Of a stretch of DNA of 64,000 bases, positions 9,246 to 18,729 are shown one piece after another (position 1 is the stretch's first letter; each line of letters opens with the position of its first letter). This DNA comes from Candidatus Flemingiibacterium sp. (GTDB lineage: Bacteria > Bacillota > Clostridia > Oscillospirales > CAG-272). A model generated the notes under the pieces. The model saw only the letters and a program-made list of their open reading frames with translations. It did not search any database and had not been told where the DNA came from. The position numbers and the translations under genes were made by a program. The stretch is taken from assembly GCA_045635785.1 (NCBI GenBank), contig JAZTWJ010000052.1:541-64540 (forward strand). Reading direction: 5' to 3'.

Positions 9246-11303
9246 TTATCCTTCGGGCGATTCTTGCTTCGCGGCGGCAACCGCCGCCTCAAACAGCTCC
9301 ATATTTTCACAGAGATTGGCAAGGCGGAAGCGCAGCTCGCCATGCTGACGCACATCGTCCTCTCCCGAACGGAAAAAATCACCCGGCCCTCTCTCGCCAA
9401 GATCAAACTCCGCAATGCGGAAGCCATCATAGGTGGTACGCATAATCTCCAACCGATCCCTCGCACGACTGCCGCTCGGCGCATCAGAAACGAGGATGCA
9501 GTAGGATTTCGCCGCGCCGCGTCCCACGCGGCCGCGCAGCTGATGAAGCTGGGATAAGCCGAACCGTTCCGCATTTTCCACGATTATCAGCGTGGCATTG
9601 GGCACGTTGACGCCCACCTCTATCACCGTGGTGGAAACCAGCACATCCGTCTCACCCGATATAAACCGTTCCATCACCGCATCCTTTTCGGAGGCTTTCA
9701 TTTTACCGTGAACCATGCCCACCTTCAAATCGGGCAGGGAAGCAGCAAGCGTCTCCGCAAAGCTGACCGCAGCCTTTGGCGGTGCCTTCGGGCGAAGAAT
9801 TTCCTCCGCATCATAGCCGAAATCAAACAGGCGGATATCCTCTTGGGTGACCTCACCGCTTTCCGGCTCCTCCACAGAAGGGCAGACCACATAAGTCTGA
9901 TGTCCTTCCTCATGCTGTTTGCGGATAAATCCGTTCAGCCGCTCGCGATAGCTCTCATTGACCGCAAAGGTTTCCACGCGCTGTCTGCCCGGCGGAAGCT
10001 CATCCAGCACGGACATATCAAGATCGCCGTAGAGAAACAGCGCAAGTGTCCGCGGAATGGGCGTCGCGCTCATGGTAAGCTGATGGCAGGCATCACCGCC
10101 GCCTTTTCGGAGGAGCGCCTCCCGCTGTCCCACGCCAAAACGATGCTGTTCATCGCAGATAACAAGCCCCAACTGTCTAAATAGAACATCCTCGCTAATC
10201 AGCGCATGGGTTCCGACCACAAGTCCCATACTGCCGTCTGCCAGTGCAGATAATACGGTTTTTCTTGCCGTACCCTTAACCGAGCCGGTCAGCAGGCCAC
10301 AGCGAATGCCGAGCTTTTCACAAAGTGCAGACAACTCGCTGTAATGCTGATTTGCCAAAATTTCCGTGGGCGCCATCAGCGCCGCTTGATATCCGTTTTT
10401 GATGGCGATATATGCCGCCGAAGCCGCCACCACCGTCTTTCCGCTTCCCACATCGCCCGAGACCAGCCGTCGCATGGGCTTTCCCGAAGCAAGGTCAGCG
10501 GCTATTTCGCCGATGACGCGATTCTGTGCGCCGGTCAGTGCATAGGGCAGCAGTGCGGTCAGCGAACCGATGTCACCGTTTACCATGGCAGGTGCGGTGC
10601 AGGCTTTCTCCGATTTTTTGCCGGTAGAAAGCGCAAAGCGATAAAGCTCCTCAAAGATCAGCCGCCGCTTGGCAATTTCCAGCTGTTTGAAATCCGCGGG
10701 ATTATGGATGGTGACAAGAGCTTCCAAAATGCCGCACAGCCCATTCTCCCGTCGGATCCGCTCGTTTAGCACCTCGGGGATCTTGTCGCCAAGATCACGC
10801 AGCGCGCGATCCACAAGCTTTGCGATCAGCTTTTGTGTGAGCCCCGTGGTCAGCGGATAAATTGCCGTCAGCGCAGGAAGCTCCACGCCCTCGATGATCG
10901 GTTCGGTAACAGGGGAGGAGAGCACGAAGCGTCCCTTATCAAGCGCCAGCTTCCCGTAAAAGCGGTATTCGCCGCCCTTGATCAGCTGATCCTTGACATA
11001 GGGCTGATTGAAATAGAGGATCTCACAGCTTGCGCTTTCATCGAAGGCGCGCAGCTTGCTGATGGTCATGCCACGTCGCAGCATATGATTATGCACATCC
11101 GTCGCCACGGTTAGGATGAAGGAGGCGGTTTCTCCCACCTCCGCCTCTGCCAATTGCCTGACATTCCCACGGAATTCGTAACCGCGCGGAAAATGATAAA
11201 GAAGCTGTCCCACCGTTTCGATGCCCAGCCGTGCAAACGCCTTTGCACGGGCATCTCCCACGCCGGGAAGATAGCGTATATCGGTGTCAAAAGTCAGTGC
11301 CAT
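9246..11303 (-). CDS. recG: ATP-dependent DNA helicase RecG
   Basis: 685 aa. Wedge/OB N-terminal region, helicase motifs GDVGSGKT, DEQHRFG, TATPIPRT, QLHQLRGRVGRG. Confidence 0.95.
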   Translation of the reverse strand: MALTFDTDIRYLPGVGDARAKAFARLGIETVGQLLYHFPRGYEFRGNVRQLAEAEVGETASFILTVATDVHNHMLRRGMTISKLRAFDESASCEILYFNQPYVKDQLIKGGEYRFYGKLALDKGRFVLSSPVTEPIIEGVELPALTAIYPLTTGLTQKLIAKLVDRALRDLGDKIPEVLNERIRRENGLCGILEALVTIHNPADFKQLEIAKRRLIFEELYRFALSTGKKSEKACTAPAMVNGDIGSLTALLPYALTGAQNRVIGEIAADLASGKPMRRLVSGDVGSGKTVVAASAAYIAIKNGYQAALMAPTEILANQHYSELSALCEKLGIRCGLLTGSVKGTARKTVLSALADGSMGLVVGTHALISEDVLFRQLGLVICDEQHRFGVGQREALLRKGGGDACHQLTMSATPIPRTLALFLYGDLDMSVLDELPPGRQRVETFAVNESYRERLNGFIRKQHEEGHQTYVVCPSVEEPESGEVTQEDIRLFDFGYDAEEILRPKAPPKAAVSFAETLAASLPDLKVGMVHGKMKASEKDAVMERFISGETDVLVSTTVIEVGVNVPNATLIIVENAERFGLSQLHQLRGRVGRGAAKSYCILVSDAPSGSRARDRLEIMRTTYDGFRIAEFDLGERGPGDFFRSGEDDVRQHGELRFRLANLCENMELFEAAVAAAKQESPEG

Positions 11304-11349
11304 AAAACCGCATCTCTTTTCTCATAGGCAAGTCTTATGGGGCGCCTTA

Positions 11350-12147
11350 TCATGCCTTTTTCTTCGGCACGGCAAAATAAGTTCCCACATGCTCGCCGTC
11401 GTAGATTTTGTAAAGCACATCGGGATTTTTTCCGTTCACGATCAGCATGGGAATTCCCACCTCGGTAACGATCTGTGCCGCCTTGATCTTGGTGATCATG
11501 CCTCCCGTTCCGCGATCGGTGCCAGCCCCTCCCGCATAGGAAAGGATGGTATCGTTGATCTCGTCCACACGGGAGATCAGCTTTGCGCTCGGATTTTTGC
11601 GGGGATCGGAATCATACAGACCGTCAATATCCGACATATTGATGAGCAGATCCGCACCGCACACCATCGCCACATAGGCGGACAGCGTATCGTTTCCGCC
11701 GAATTTCAGCTCCTCGGAAGAAACGGGGTCGTCTTCGTTGACAATGGGCACACATCCAAGACGCAAAAGCTCGCGGAAGGTATTTTCCGCCATTTGACGG
11801 CGAATGGGATTGTCGATGATATCCTTGGTCATGAGCAGCTGTCCCACGGTGTGACCGTATGCGGCAAAAAACTGCTCATATACCTGCATCAGATCCGCTT
11901 GCCCGACGGCGGCAAGCGCCTGCTTTTCTTCGATGGTTTCGGGACGGTACCCGAGACGGAGCCTTGCAATGCCCGCCGCCACCGCGCCCGAGCTGACCAG
12001 CACCACCTCATGCCCCGCGTTTTTGTAGTCGGACAGAATCCGAACAAGATGCTCCATGCGGCGCAGATCCAGATGTCCCATGGCATGGGTCAGCGTATTG
12101 GAGCCGATCTTTACTACAATTCTTGCGTTTTTTTCAAGTACACTCAT
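11350..12147 (-). CDS. proB: glutamate 5-kinase (short form, no PUA domain)
   Basis: ARIVVKIGSNTLT, VLVSSGAVAAG, NENDPV-like IVNEDDPV, GTGGM. Start placed at MSVLEK (GGAG SD 9 nt upstream) rather than the ORF-track start at 12201. Confidence 0.92.
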   Translation of the reverse strand: MSVLEKNARIVVKIGSNTLTHAMGHLDLRRMEHLVRILSDYKNAGHEVVLVSSGAVAAGIARLRLGYRPETIEEKQALAAVGQADLMQVYEQFFAAYGHTVGQLLMTKDIIDNPIRRQMAENTFRELLRLGCVPIVNEDDPVSSEELKFGGNDTLSAYVAMVCGADLLINMSDIDGLYDSDPRKNPSAKLISRVDEINDTILSYAGGAGTDRGTGGMITKIKAAQIVTEVGIPMLIVNGKNPDVLYKIYDGEHVGTYFAVPKKKA

Positions 12148-12233
12148 TGTTTTTTCTCCACAGTCTGTATATTTCTCGTTTTTTGATTTTTCAAAAGGCA
12201 ATGAACAAATTATTAAAATTTTGCATTTGCTCT

Positions 12234-12261
12234 TTGCAAAATCGGAAATTTATATTATAAT
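12234..12261 (+). promoter_or_regulatory. putative sigma-A promoter for the U32-dut-maf-mreB-like gene string
   Basis: TTGCAA (12234-12239), 16-nt spacer, TATAAT (12256-12261). Confidence 0.35.
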
Positions 12262-12397
12262 ATAGAATGAGCCATTCTGTACAACGGAAGCTTACATCAA
12301 TATTATACCTTGAACAGGCAAAAAATGCAAGCCTAAATCATGAAATCCGCGCAATTTATTTTGAAAGTTTTCAAAAACATCAAAGTGAGGGATCACC

Positions 12398-14449
12398 ATC
12401 AATACAAAACGCCCCGAACTACTCGCGCCATGCGGCTCTCCCGAGGCGCTGGATGCGGCGATCGCCGCAGGTGCCGATGCGGTCTATTTCGGCGGATCGG
12501 CATTCAATGCCCGCATGAACGCAAAAAATTTCGCAGGCGATGCCCTGCGTGATGCCATCGACAAATGCCGTCTGCACGGCGTGCGTACCAATATCACGCT
12601 GAATACGCTGGTGCACAGCCGTGAGATTAAGGACGTTCTGCTCTGCGTAGAGGAGCTTTACAAGCTCGGATGCGATGCGCTGATCGTTGCCGATCTCGGC
12701 GCGGCATCGCTCATTCACCGATATTTTCCCGATTTGGAGCTGCACGCCAGCACGCAGGCGGTGGGACATAATCTCGCCGCGGCAGAAAAGCTGGCGCACC
12801 TTGGATTTTCCCGTATGGTGGCGGCAAGAGAGCTTTCTTTTGCCGATCTTTGCACCTTGTGCAAAGCCTCCCCCATCGAAACGGAGATGTTCATTCACGG
12901 AGCCATCTGTGTCTCGCAATCGGGGCAATGCCTTGCAAGCTCGCTGATCGGCGGGCGAAGCGGCAACCGCGGCGAATGTGCCCAGCCTTGCCGTCTGCCC
13001 TACAAAAAAGCAGGCGCAAAGGCAAAGGATACCTACGCACTCAGCATCAAGGATATGTGCCTTGCCTCCCATATTACAGAAATCCTATCCCTTGACATCG
13101 CCTCGCTGAAGATCGAGGGTAGAATGAAAAGCCCCGATTATGTTTACGGCGTGACGAAGATCTACCGCACACTGCTGGATGAAGGCCGCAATGCCACAGA
13201 AAAGGAGCTTGCTCTACTGAAGGCACTCTTTTCGCGAAGCGGCTTTACGGACGGCTATTTTACATCAAAAATCGGCAGAGAAATGCTGGGCATCCGCACC
13301 GATGCGGACAAGGCAGAAAGTGCCGCAGGCTCCGGACCGACGGATTACGCCGCGCTTTTAAGAGAACGCCGCAGACCGCTTTCGCTCTCGCTGACCATGG
13401 AGGCGGACAAGCCTTGTACGCTGACCGTCACCGCGGGAGATCTCTCTGCTTCGGCAGAGGGAACCGTCCCCGAAGCGGCGAAAAACTGTCCGCTGACAAA
13501 GGAAGCTGTGGAGAAAAATCTGACAAAGTTAGGGAATACACCCTTTTTTGCACAGGCCACGGAAATTTCGCTGGGCGAAAATCTCATGCTCCCTCTGTCC
13601 GCACTGAATGCGCTTCGCCGCGATGCGGTGAGGGCGCTGACCGAAAAGCTGCTTATCCGCCGCGCTTCCGCGCTCCCCGATAAGCTCGCACTTGCGGAAG
13701 CTGTGCCCGACAAGCCGCATTATACCGCCCGTTTTCATAGCTTTGAGCGCATTCCCAAGGAGGCGGAGCGGTTCGATATTGTCTATCTGCCGCTTGAAAA
13801 ATTCCAAGCTTCACACAGCAGTCGCGTAAGTGGAATTATTCTGCCGCCCGTCATTTTTGATTCCGAAAAAGCCGAAATCGTCGCCATGCTGCAAAGGGCA
13901 GCCGATGCGGGCGTCAAGCACGCGCTGGTGTCCAATCTCGGGCACATCGCCCTTGCGGAGGATGCGGGCATGATCGTCCACGGTGATTTCCGCATGAATA
14001 TTTTCAATCTCGAGACTGTCCGTGTATTGCGTGAGCTGGGCTTTGCCGATCTGATGGCATCGCCCGAGCTGACCTTGCCGCAGCTGCGGGATTTGGGAAT
14101 CGCACCGATTCTATACGGACGTATCCCGCTCATGACGCTGGAAAAATGCGTCATACGCGACTTATATTCCTGCAACGAATGTGAAAAGTCCGATTTTATG
14201 CCCCTCCGCGACCGCAGAAACGCGACATTTCCGCTTGCCCGTGCATGGAAGCACCGCAATATTCTTTATAACAGCGTCCCCGTCTTTATGGCGGATCGCA
14301 AAAAAGAGTTGTCAGACTTCCGTATCTGCGGCGGACATTTCATCTTCACCGATGAATCCGCATCCATGGCGGCAGAGATCATCAACGCTTATTTTTGTGA
14401 CAACAGCATCGCGCCGCCCGTCGGCGGCATCAGGAGGATCGCAAGGTGA
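12398..14449 (+). CDS. peptidase U32 family protein (collagenase-like; family also implicated in RNA hydroxylation)
   Basis: The conserved U32 N-terminus KRPELLAPCGSPEALDAAIAAGADAVYFGGSAFNAR is encoded at 12407-12514. That is upstream of the first ATG (12515) and downstream of an in-frame TGA (12386-12388), with no ATG/GTG/TTG between them. The start is therefore provisionally placed at ATC 12398, with GAGGG 6 nt upstream. The 3' end is firm. Confidence 0.85.
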   Translation: MNTKRPELLAPCGSPEALDAAIAAGADAVYFGGSAFNARMNAKNFAGDALRDAIDKCRLHGVRTNITLNTLVHSREIKDVLLCVEELYKLGCDALIVADLGAASLIHRYFPDLELHASTQAVGHNLAAAEKLAHLGFSRMVAARELSFADLCTLCKASPIETEMFIHGAICVSQSGQCLASSLIGGRSGNRGECAQPCRLPYKKAGAKAKDTYALSIKDMCLASHITEILSLDIASLKIEGRMKSPDYVYGVTKIYRTLLDEGRNATEKELALLKALFSRSGFTDGYFTSKIGREMLGIRTDADKAESAAGSGPTDYAALLRERRRPLSLSLTMEADKPCTLTVTAGDLSASAEGTVPEAAKNCPLTKEAVEKNLTKLGNTPFFAQATEISLGENLMLPLSALNALRRDAVRALTEKLLIRRASALPDKLALAEAVPDKPHYTARFHSFERIPKEAERFDIVYLPLEKFQASHSSRVSGIILPPVIFDSEKAEIVAMLQRAADAGVKHALVSNLGHIALAEDAGMIVHGDFRMNIFNLETVRVLRELGFADLMASPELTLPQLRDLGIAPILYGRIPLMTLEKCVIRDLYSCNECEKSDFMPLRDRRNATFPLARAWKHRNILYNSVPVFMADRKKELSDFRICGGHFIFTDESASMAAEIINAYFCDNSIAPPVGGIRRIAR

Positions 14450-14895
14450 ACAAAATCAACGTAAAACTAAAAGCGATGCGCGAGGGCGCAACGCTTCCGG
14501 AATATGCTACAAGCGGCTCCGCCGCCGTGGACCTTCGCGCCGCCATTGACGGCGATATCACCATCGGCGCCGGCTGTCGGGAGCTCGTTTCCACAGGCAT
14601 TGCCATCGCCCCCGAAACGGATGGCGTGGTTGCCATTGTCTGTGCGCGGAGCGGACTTGCGACAAAGCACGGCATCACCCTTGCCAATGGCATCGGTGTC
14701 ATTGACAGCGATTACCGCGGAGAAATAATGGTGGCGCTGCTCAACACCTCGTCGGAGCCGTACACCGTCGCGCCGAACGAGCGCATCGCACAGCTGATGT
14801 TTTTGCCCGTGCTGTATGCCAATCTGATCGCTTCGGCGGAATTAGATGAGACGGAACGCGGTGAAGGAGGCTTCGGCTCCACGGGAAGGAAGTAG
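14446..14895 (+). CDS. dut: dUTP diphosphatase
   Basis: 149 aa. SGSAAVDL, ARSGLA.KHGI, GVIDSDYRGEI, RIAQL, C-terminal RGEGGFGSTG. The GTG start overlaps the U32 stop (GTGA). Confidence 0.93.
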   Translation: MNKINVKLKAMREGATLPEYATSGSAAVDLRAAIDGDITIGAGCRELVSTGIAIAPETDGVVAIVCARSGLATKHGITLANGIGVIDSDYRGEIMVALLNTSSEPYTVAPNERIAQLMFLPVLYANLIASAELDETERGEGGFGSTGRK

Positions 14896-14901
14896 GAAAA
14901 T

Positions 14902-15156
14902 ATGGCACGCAGCAAGCTTTACAATCTGTTTTTGGTGCTGGTGGGCATCGTGGTCGGAACCTTCGTCGCATATCTCTGCAAAGATATTTCTTCACTTTCA
15001 TGGCTTTCCTTCGGCATCAACTTTGGGCTGAAATCGCCTCTCGTTCTCGACCTTGGTATTCTTCAGATCACCTTTGGCATCGGCATTGATCTGACACTGT
15101 CGGTGGTCATTTTTATCATTCTCGCGCTCGTGATAGGGAGGGCTCTTGCAAAATGA
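14902..15156 (+). CDS. DUF4321-family small membrane protein
   Basis: 84 aa with two TM helices. The motif LSWLSFG.NFGL.SPLVLDLGIL..TFG is typical of DUF4321 proteins, which are commonly encoded next to maf/mreB in Clostridia. Confidence 0.75.
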   Translation: MARSKLYNLFLVLVGIVVGTFVAYLCKDISSLSWLSFGINFGLKSPLVLDLGILQITFGIGIDLTLSVVIFIILALVIGRALAK

Positions 15157-15767
15157 AACCAAAAATCATTCTCGCATCCAATTCTCCCCGCCGACGGGAA
15201 CTGCTCTCCATGCTCGGCATGGAATTTTCCGTTATCGTTTCGAATTGCGATGAAACCGTGTCCACATCCATGACGCCGGATGCGCTGGTGCGAGAGCTTG
15301 CGCTTCGCAAAGCAAATGCGGTGGCGCAGACGCTTTCTGATGATACGGACTTCATCGTTATCGGCGCAGATACCATCGTGTGGGATGATAACCGCGCCCT
15401 CGGCAAACCGCGGGATGCGGCGGATGCAAAAGCAACCATTCTGTCCCTCTCGGGACATACGCACTCGGTTTTCACGGGCATTGCGCTGGTCGGAAGCATC
15501 GGCGGCGAAAGAAAAGCCGTGACCGATGCGGTGGAAACCGCCGTGGTCTTTGACGAAATCTCCGAAGCGGATGCAGATTGGTATCTCGAAAGCGATGAAG
15601 CGATGGACAAGGCAGGCTCCTATGCCGTCCAAGGGCCGGCAGGCGTTTTTGTAAAGGAGCTTCACGGTGATTATTACAATGTGGTTGGATTGCCGATCGC
15701 CCGCATGCGCACGCTGCTGTGGGAATCCTTTGGGCTTCGTATCGGCGATTACAGCAGAAAGCGGTGA
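15153..15767 (+). CDS. maf: Maf-like nucleoside triphosphate pyrophosphatase (septum formation inhibitor)
   Basis: IILASNSPRRRELL, GADTIV, GKP.D, KAG.YA.QG. The start overlaps the preceding stop (ATGA). Confidence 0.92.
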   Translation: MKPKIILASNSPRRRELLSMLGMEFSVIVSNCDETVSTSMTPDALVRELALRKANAVAQTLSDDTDFIVIGADTIVWDDNRALGKPRDAADAKATILSLSGHTHSVFTGIALVGSIGGERKAVTDAVETAVVFDEISEADADWYLESDEAMDKAGSYAVQGPAGVFVKELHGDYYNVVGLPIARMRTLLWESFGLRIGDYSRKR

Positions 15768-15771
15768 ATAG

Positions 15772-16743
15772 ATGGCAGTAACAATCGGACTTGATTTCGG
15801 CACACGCAGCACCGAGATCTACGTGAAGGAGAAAGGCATCGTGCTGCGGGAACCGACGGTGGCGGCTGTGGATGCCGCCGGCAACGTGATCGCCGTGGGA
15901 ACGGAAGCGATCCTCATCCGAGGACGCGCCCCGGGCTCGGTAACGCTCCGCCGTCCCATCAACGATAACAGCATCACGGATTTCAATCTGGCAGCGGAAA
16001 TGCTTGACCGTTTCCTCGAAACTGCCGCACCAAAAGCGCACAAGCATGTCTTTGCCGCCGCTAAATACGGTCTTGGCGCAGGCAGTCGCGAGCTTTTGAT
16101 CCGTGCCATCAAGGAATGCCGCACGGGGCGTGTGGAGCTGGTGGAATCCGCCCTCGCATCCCTCGCGGGAAGCGGCTTTGGCATGCAAGCAGAAGGTGAA
16201 ACCCCTTCCAGCGGCACCATTTTATGCGATATCGGCGCAGGCTCCATCGAAGCCTCCTATATCCGCGGCGGCGAGCTGATGCGCTCAGATACCTGCTTCG
16301 GCGGAGGAGAAGCCGCTGACAAGCTCATCATCTCCCATGTCAGGCGCACATATGGATTGATCATCACAAGCATCACAGCGCGCGATCTCAAGCATCGGTT
16401 CGATATGACCGCCGAAGAGGATGCTTGCATTCCCGTATCGGGGCTGGACGGCTCCACGGGACTTCCAAAGCGTATCCAAATCGGAAGCGAGGAGCTGCTT
16501 GATCCGCTGTCTCCCCAGCTTGACGGCGCCGCGGAAGCCATCCGCACCGCCTTCAACAATCTGCCGCGCATCGCCGAAACGGAGGCAAGCGTGGACAGAA
16601 TCATTCTCGTGGGCGGCGGCGCAGTTATGCCCGGTGCGGCACAATACATAGCGGACGAAATCGAACGGGAGGTTCTGATTCCCGCAAATCCGCTGGATTG
16701 CACCGTTACGGGGCTTGGCATGATGCTTGAAAAATTCCGATGA
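15772..16743 (+). CDS. divergent MreB/Mbl-family actin-like protein
   Basis: 323 aa. IGLDFGTRSTEIYVKEKGIVLREPTVAA (phosphate-1), CDIGAGSIE (phosphate-2), ILVGGGAVMPG (adenosine motif). No mreC/mreD follows. Confidence 0.8.
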   Translation: MAVTIGLDFGTRSTEIYVKEKGIVLREPTVAAVDAAGNVIAVGTEAILIRGRAPGSVTLRRPINDNSITDFNLAAEMLDRFLETAAPKAHKHVFAAAKYGLGAGSRELLIRAIKECRTGRVELVESALASLAGSGFGMQAEGETPSSGTILCDIGAGSIEASYIRGGELMRSDTCFGGGEAADKLIISHVRRTYGLIITSITARDLKHRFDMTAEEDACIPVSGLDGSTGLPKRIQIGSEELLDPLSPQLDGAAEAIRTAFNNLPRIAETEASVDRIILVGGGAVMPGAAQYIADEIEREVLIPANPLDCTVTGLGMMLEKFR

Positions 16744-16772
16744 AGATGTAATAGACTCATAAAATACATAAG

Positions 16773-16808
16773 GAGGTGCCGCGCAAAAGCGCAGCACCTC
16801 TCGTTTTT
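16773..16808. terminator. bidirectional intrinsic terminator between the mreB-like gene and the Spo0A_C gene
   Basis: Hairpin GAGGTGCCGCGC-AAAA-GCGCAGCACCTC at 16773-16800 followed by TCGTTTTTA. Confidence 0.8.
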
Positions 16809-17244
16809 ATCGTTCTTGCAATCGCATTTCAGGCGGAATGCCGTCATGCTCCGCTTTCAGCACCGCATATTCTTCCATTTCGTGTTTGATGGACAGTGCC
16901 AGCGTAGAAATAAACGCCGCCTCTGTGGGCTTGCCTCGCTTGAATTCCACCGAATGGAGAAAATAGCGGTATTGCAGCATTGCATCGCCCCTGTTCCACG
17001 CGGCGGTGACCGCATGGCGGATGGCTCCGCGCACGCTTTCTATGCCGATGCCGTACTGCTTTGCCAAAAGCGCCAACGCCTCCGCGATGGTGGCATTCGG
17101 CTCCGTCAGCAAATGCTCCAGCGTTTTTGCAAGATAGATGCCTCCCTTTGTGGTCAGCTTAACAGAAAAGCTTTCCAAAATCTGATGCGTGCGCCGAATC
17201 GCAAATTGGCGCATTTCACCGCCAAAAGCCTGTGTTTCCGTCAT
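16807..17244 (-). CDS. stand-alone Spo0A C-terminal (DNA-binding) domain protein, no receiver domain
   Basis: 145 aa, collinear with the B. subtilis Spo0A effector domain: ...TKGGIYLAKTLEHLL..., SVRGAIRHAVTAAWNRGD (Spo0A: RVERAIRHAIEVAWSRGN), GKPTEAAFISTLA (Spo0A: AKPTNSEFIAMVA). Start placed at MTETQ, with GGAGGGGGG SD upstream. Confidence 0.75.
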   Translation of the reverse strand: MTETQAFGGEMRQFAIRRTHQILESFSVKLTTKGGIYLAKTLEHLLTEPNATIAEALALLAKQYGIGIESVRGAIRHAVTAAWNRGDAMLQYRYFLHSVEFKRGKPTEAAFISTLALSIKHEMEEYAVLKAEHDGIPPEMRLQER

Positions 17245-17711
17245 CTGGTCCCCCCTCCGCACAGCCGCAATGCCTTGAAGCTTATTTTGAACCTTGAATA
17301 CCATTTTACAACTTTTCAGAGGCAAAATCAAGTGCTTTTGACAATGAAAAAGGATTTCTGCTTATCATCCAATTTCATATTTTTCATCCTGCGATAGTTG
17401 TGTAATATCAACATGCGGTATCGAAAATGAACGGTTTGGCGGCAAGCGGAACGAGCGAAATTTGAAACGAATTTTCACTTTTTCACCCTTAACTGCACGA
17501 TTTTCTATATTTAAGTAAAAAATTTTATAAATTTACAACGAACATCTTTCTTTTTCAAAAAATTTGCGTTAAAATAATAATGGTGGTTATCGTGCATTCT
17601 TTGATAGCCGATTGCTTGCCGCCTACATACAGCCTTAGGCAGATGGCGCAAATGCACCGTCGCTTTGGCTTTCATGACTGAAAATAATTATTTTTATAAG
17701 GAGAAACGATC

Positions 17712-18569
17712 ATGAAGTTACCTTTTTCGATTGACCTTTCCGGCAAAACCGCGCTCGTAACGGGCGGCGGCGGAATCCTCTGCTCCGAATTTGCAAAGGC
17801 GCTGGCTGCATGCGGCGCAAAGGTTGCTGTCTGCGACCTGCGCGAGGAGGCTGCGCAGAGCGTGGTGGATGAGATCACCGCAAACGGCGGCACCGCTATG
17901 GCAGTTGCCGCAAACGTTCTGGACAAGGCAAGCCTTGAAGCAGCACGCGAAGCGATCCTCGCAAAGTTCGGTACGGTTGACATCCTGCTCAACGGCGCAG
18001 GCGGCAACAACCCGAAGGGCACCACCTCCAAGGAATATCTCGAGCCCGAAGATCTGGAAGGCACCGCAGAGGACATCAAGACCTTCTTTGACCTCGATCC
18101 CGCAGGCATTGAATTCGTCTTCAATCTCAACTTCCTCGGCACCCTGCTTCCCACGCAGGTATTCGCAAAGGATATGGCAAAGAAGGGCGACACCGTCATT
18201 CTGAACGTATCCTCCATGAACGCATTCTGCCCGCTGACCAAGATCCCCGCATACTCCGGTGCAAAGGCAGCCGTTTCCAACTTCACCCAGTGGCTGGCTG
18301 TTCACTTCTCCAAGGTGGGCATCCGTGTTAACGCCATTGCTCCCGGCTTCTTCCTCAACAACCAGAACCATGCGCTTCCCATCAATCCCGACGGAACCTA
18401 CACCGCACGTTCCCAGAAGATTCTCAACCACACGCCCATGAACCGTTTCGGCGAGACCGATGACCTCATCGGCACCCTTCTGTGGCTTGTTGACAACAAG
18501 GCTTCCGGCTTTGTAAACGGCGTTGTCGTTCCTGTAGACGGCGGCTTCGCTGCATATTCGGGTGTTTGA
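17712..18569 (+). CDS. SDR family oxidoreductase
   Basis: 285 aa. TGGGGILC cofactor motif, NGAGGN, catalytic S...YSGAK, PG.F motif. AAGGAG SD upstream. Confidence 0.88.
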   Translation: MKLPFSIDLSGKTALVTGGGGILCSEFAKALAACGAKVAVCDLREEAAQSVVDEITANGGTAMAVAANVLDKASLEAAREAILAKFGTVDILLNGAGGNNPKGTTSKEYLEPEDLEGTAEDIKTFFDLDPAGIEFVFNLNFLGTLLPTQVFAKDMAKKGDTVILNVSSMNAFCPLTKIPAYSGAKAAVSNFTQWLAVHFSKVGIRVNAIAPGFFLNNQNHALPINPDGTYTARSQKILNHTPMNRFGETDDLIGTLLWLVDNKASGFVNGVVVPVDGGFAAYSGV

Positions 18570-18587
18570 TCTTACATTACTCTTTCG

Positions 18588-18618
18588 CTCCGTTGCAACC
18601 GCAACGGGGCATTTTTTA
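18588..18618 (+). terminator. intrinsic terminator after the SDR gene
   Basis: Stem CTCCGTTGC/GCAACGGGG followed by CATTTTTTA. Confidence 0.75.
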
Positions 18619-18729
18619 TGCTGTGAATTTGAAGTTTATTCACAATTGTTTCGACAGAACGGTTGAAATTCTCCCGTAAATATGGTATAATAGCAGTAAT
18701 TTCAAAGTAATCAAAGAAAGGTTCCCCGT

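Noticed and set aside
17592-17657. Possible structured element upstream of the SDR gene (GTGCATT ... AATGCAC closing stem with internal GC-rich pairings)
   Set aside because: It resembles no riboswitch class I know. A single 7-bp closing stem in a 380-bp spacer is not enough evidence, and no transcription start or conservation data are available.
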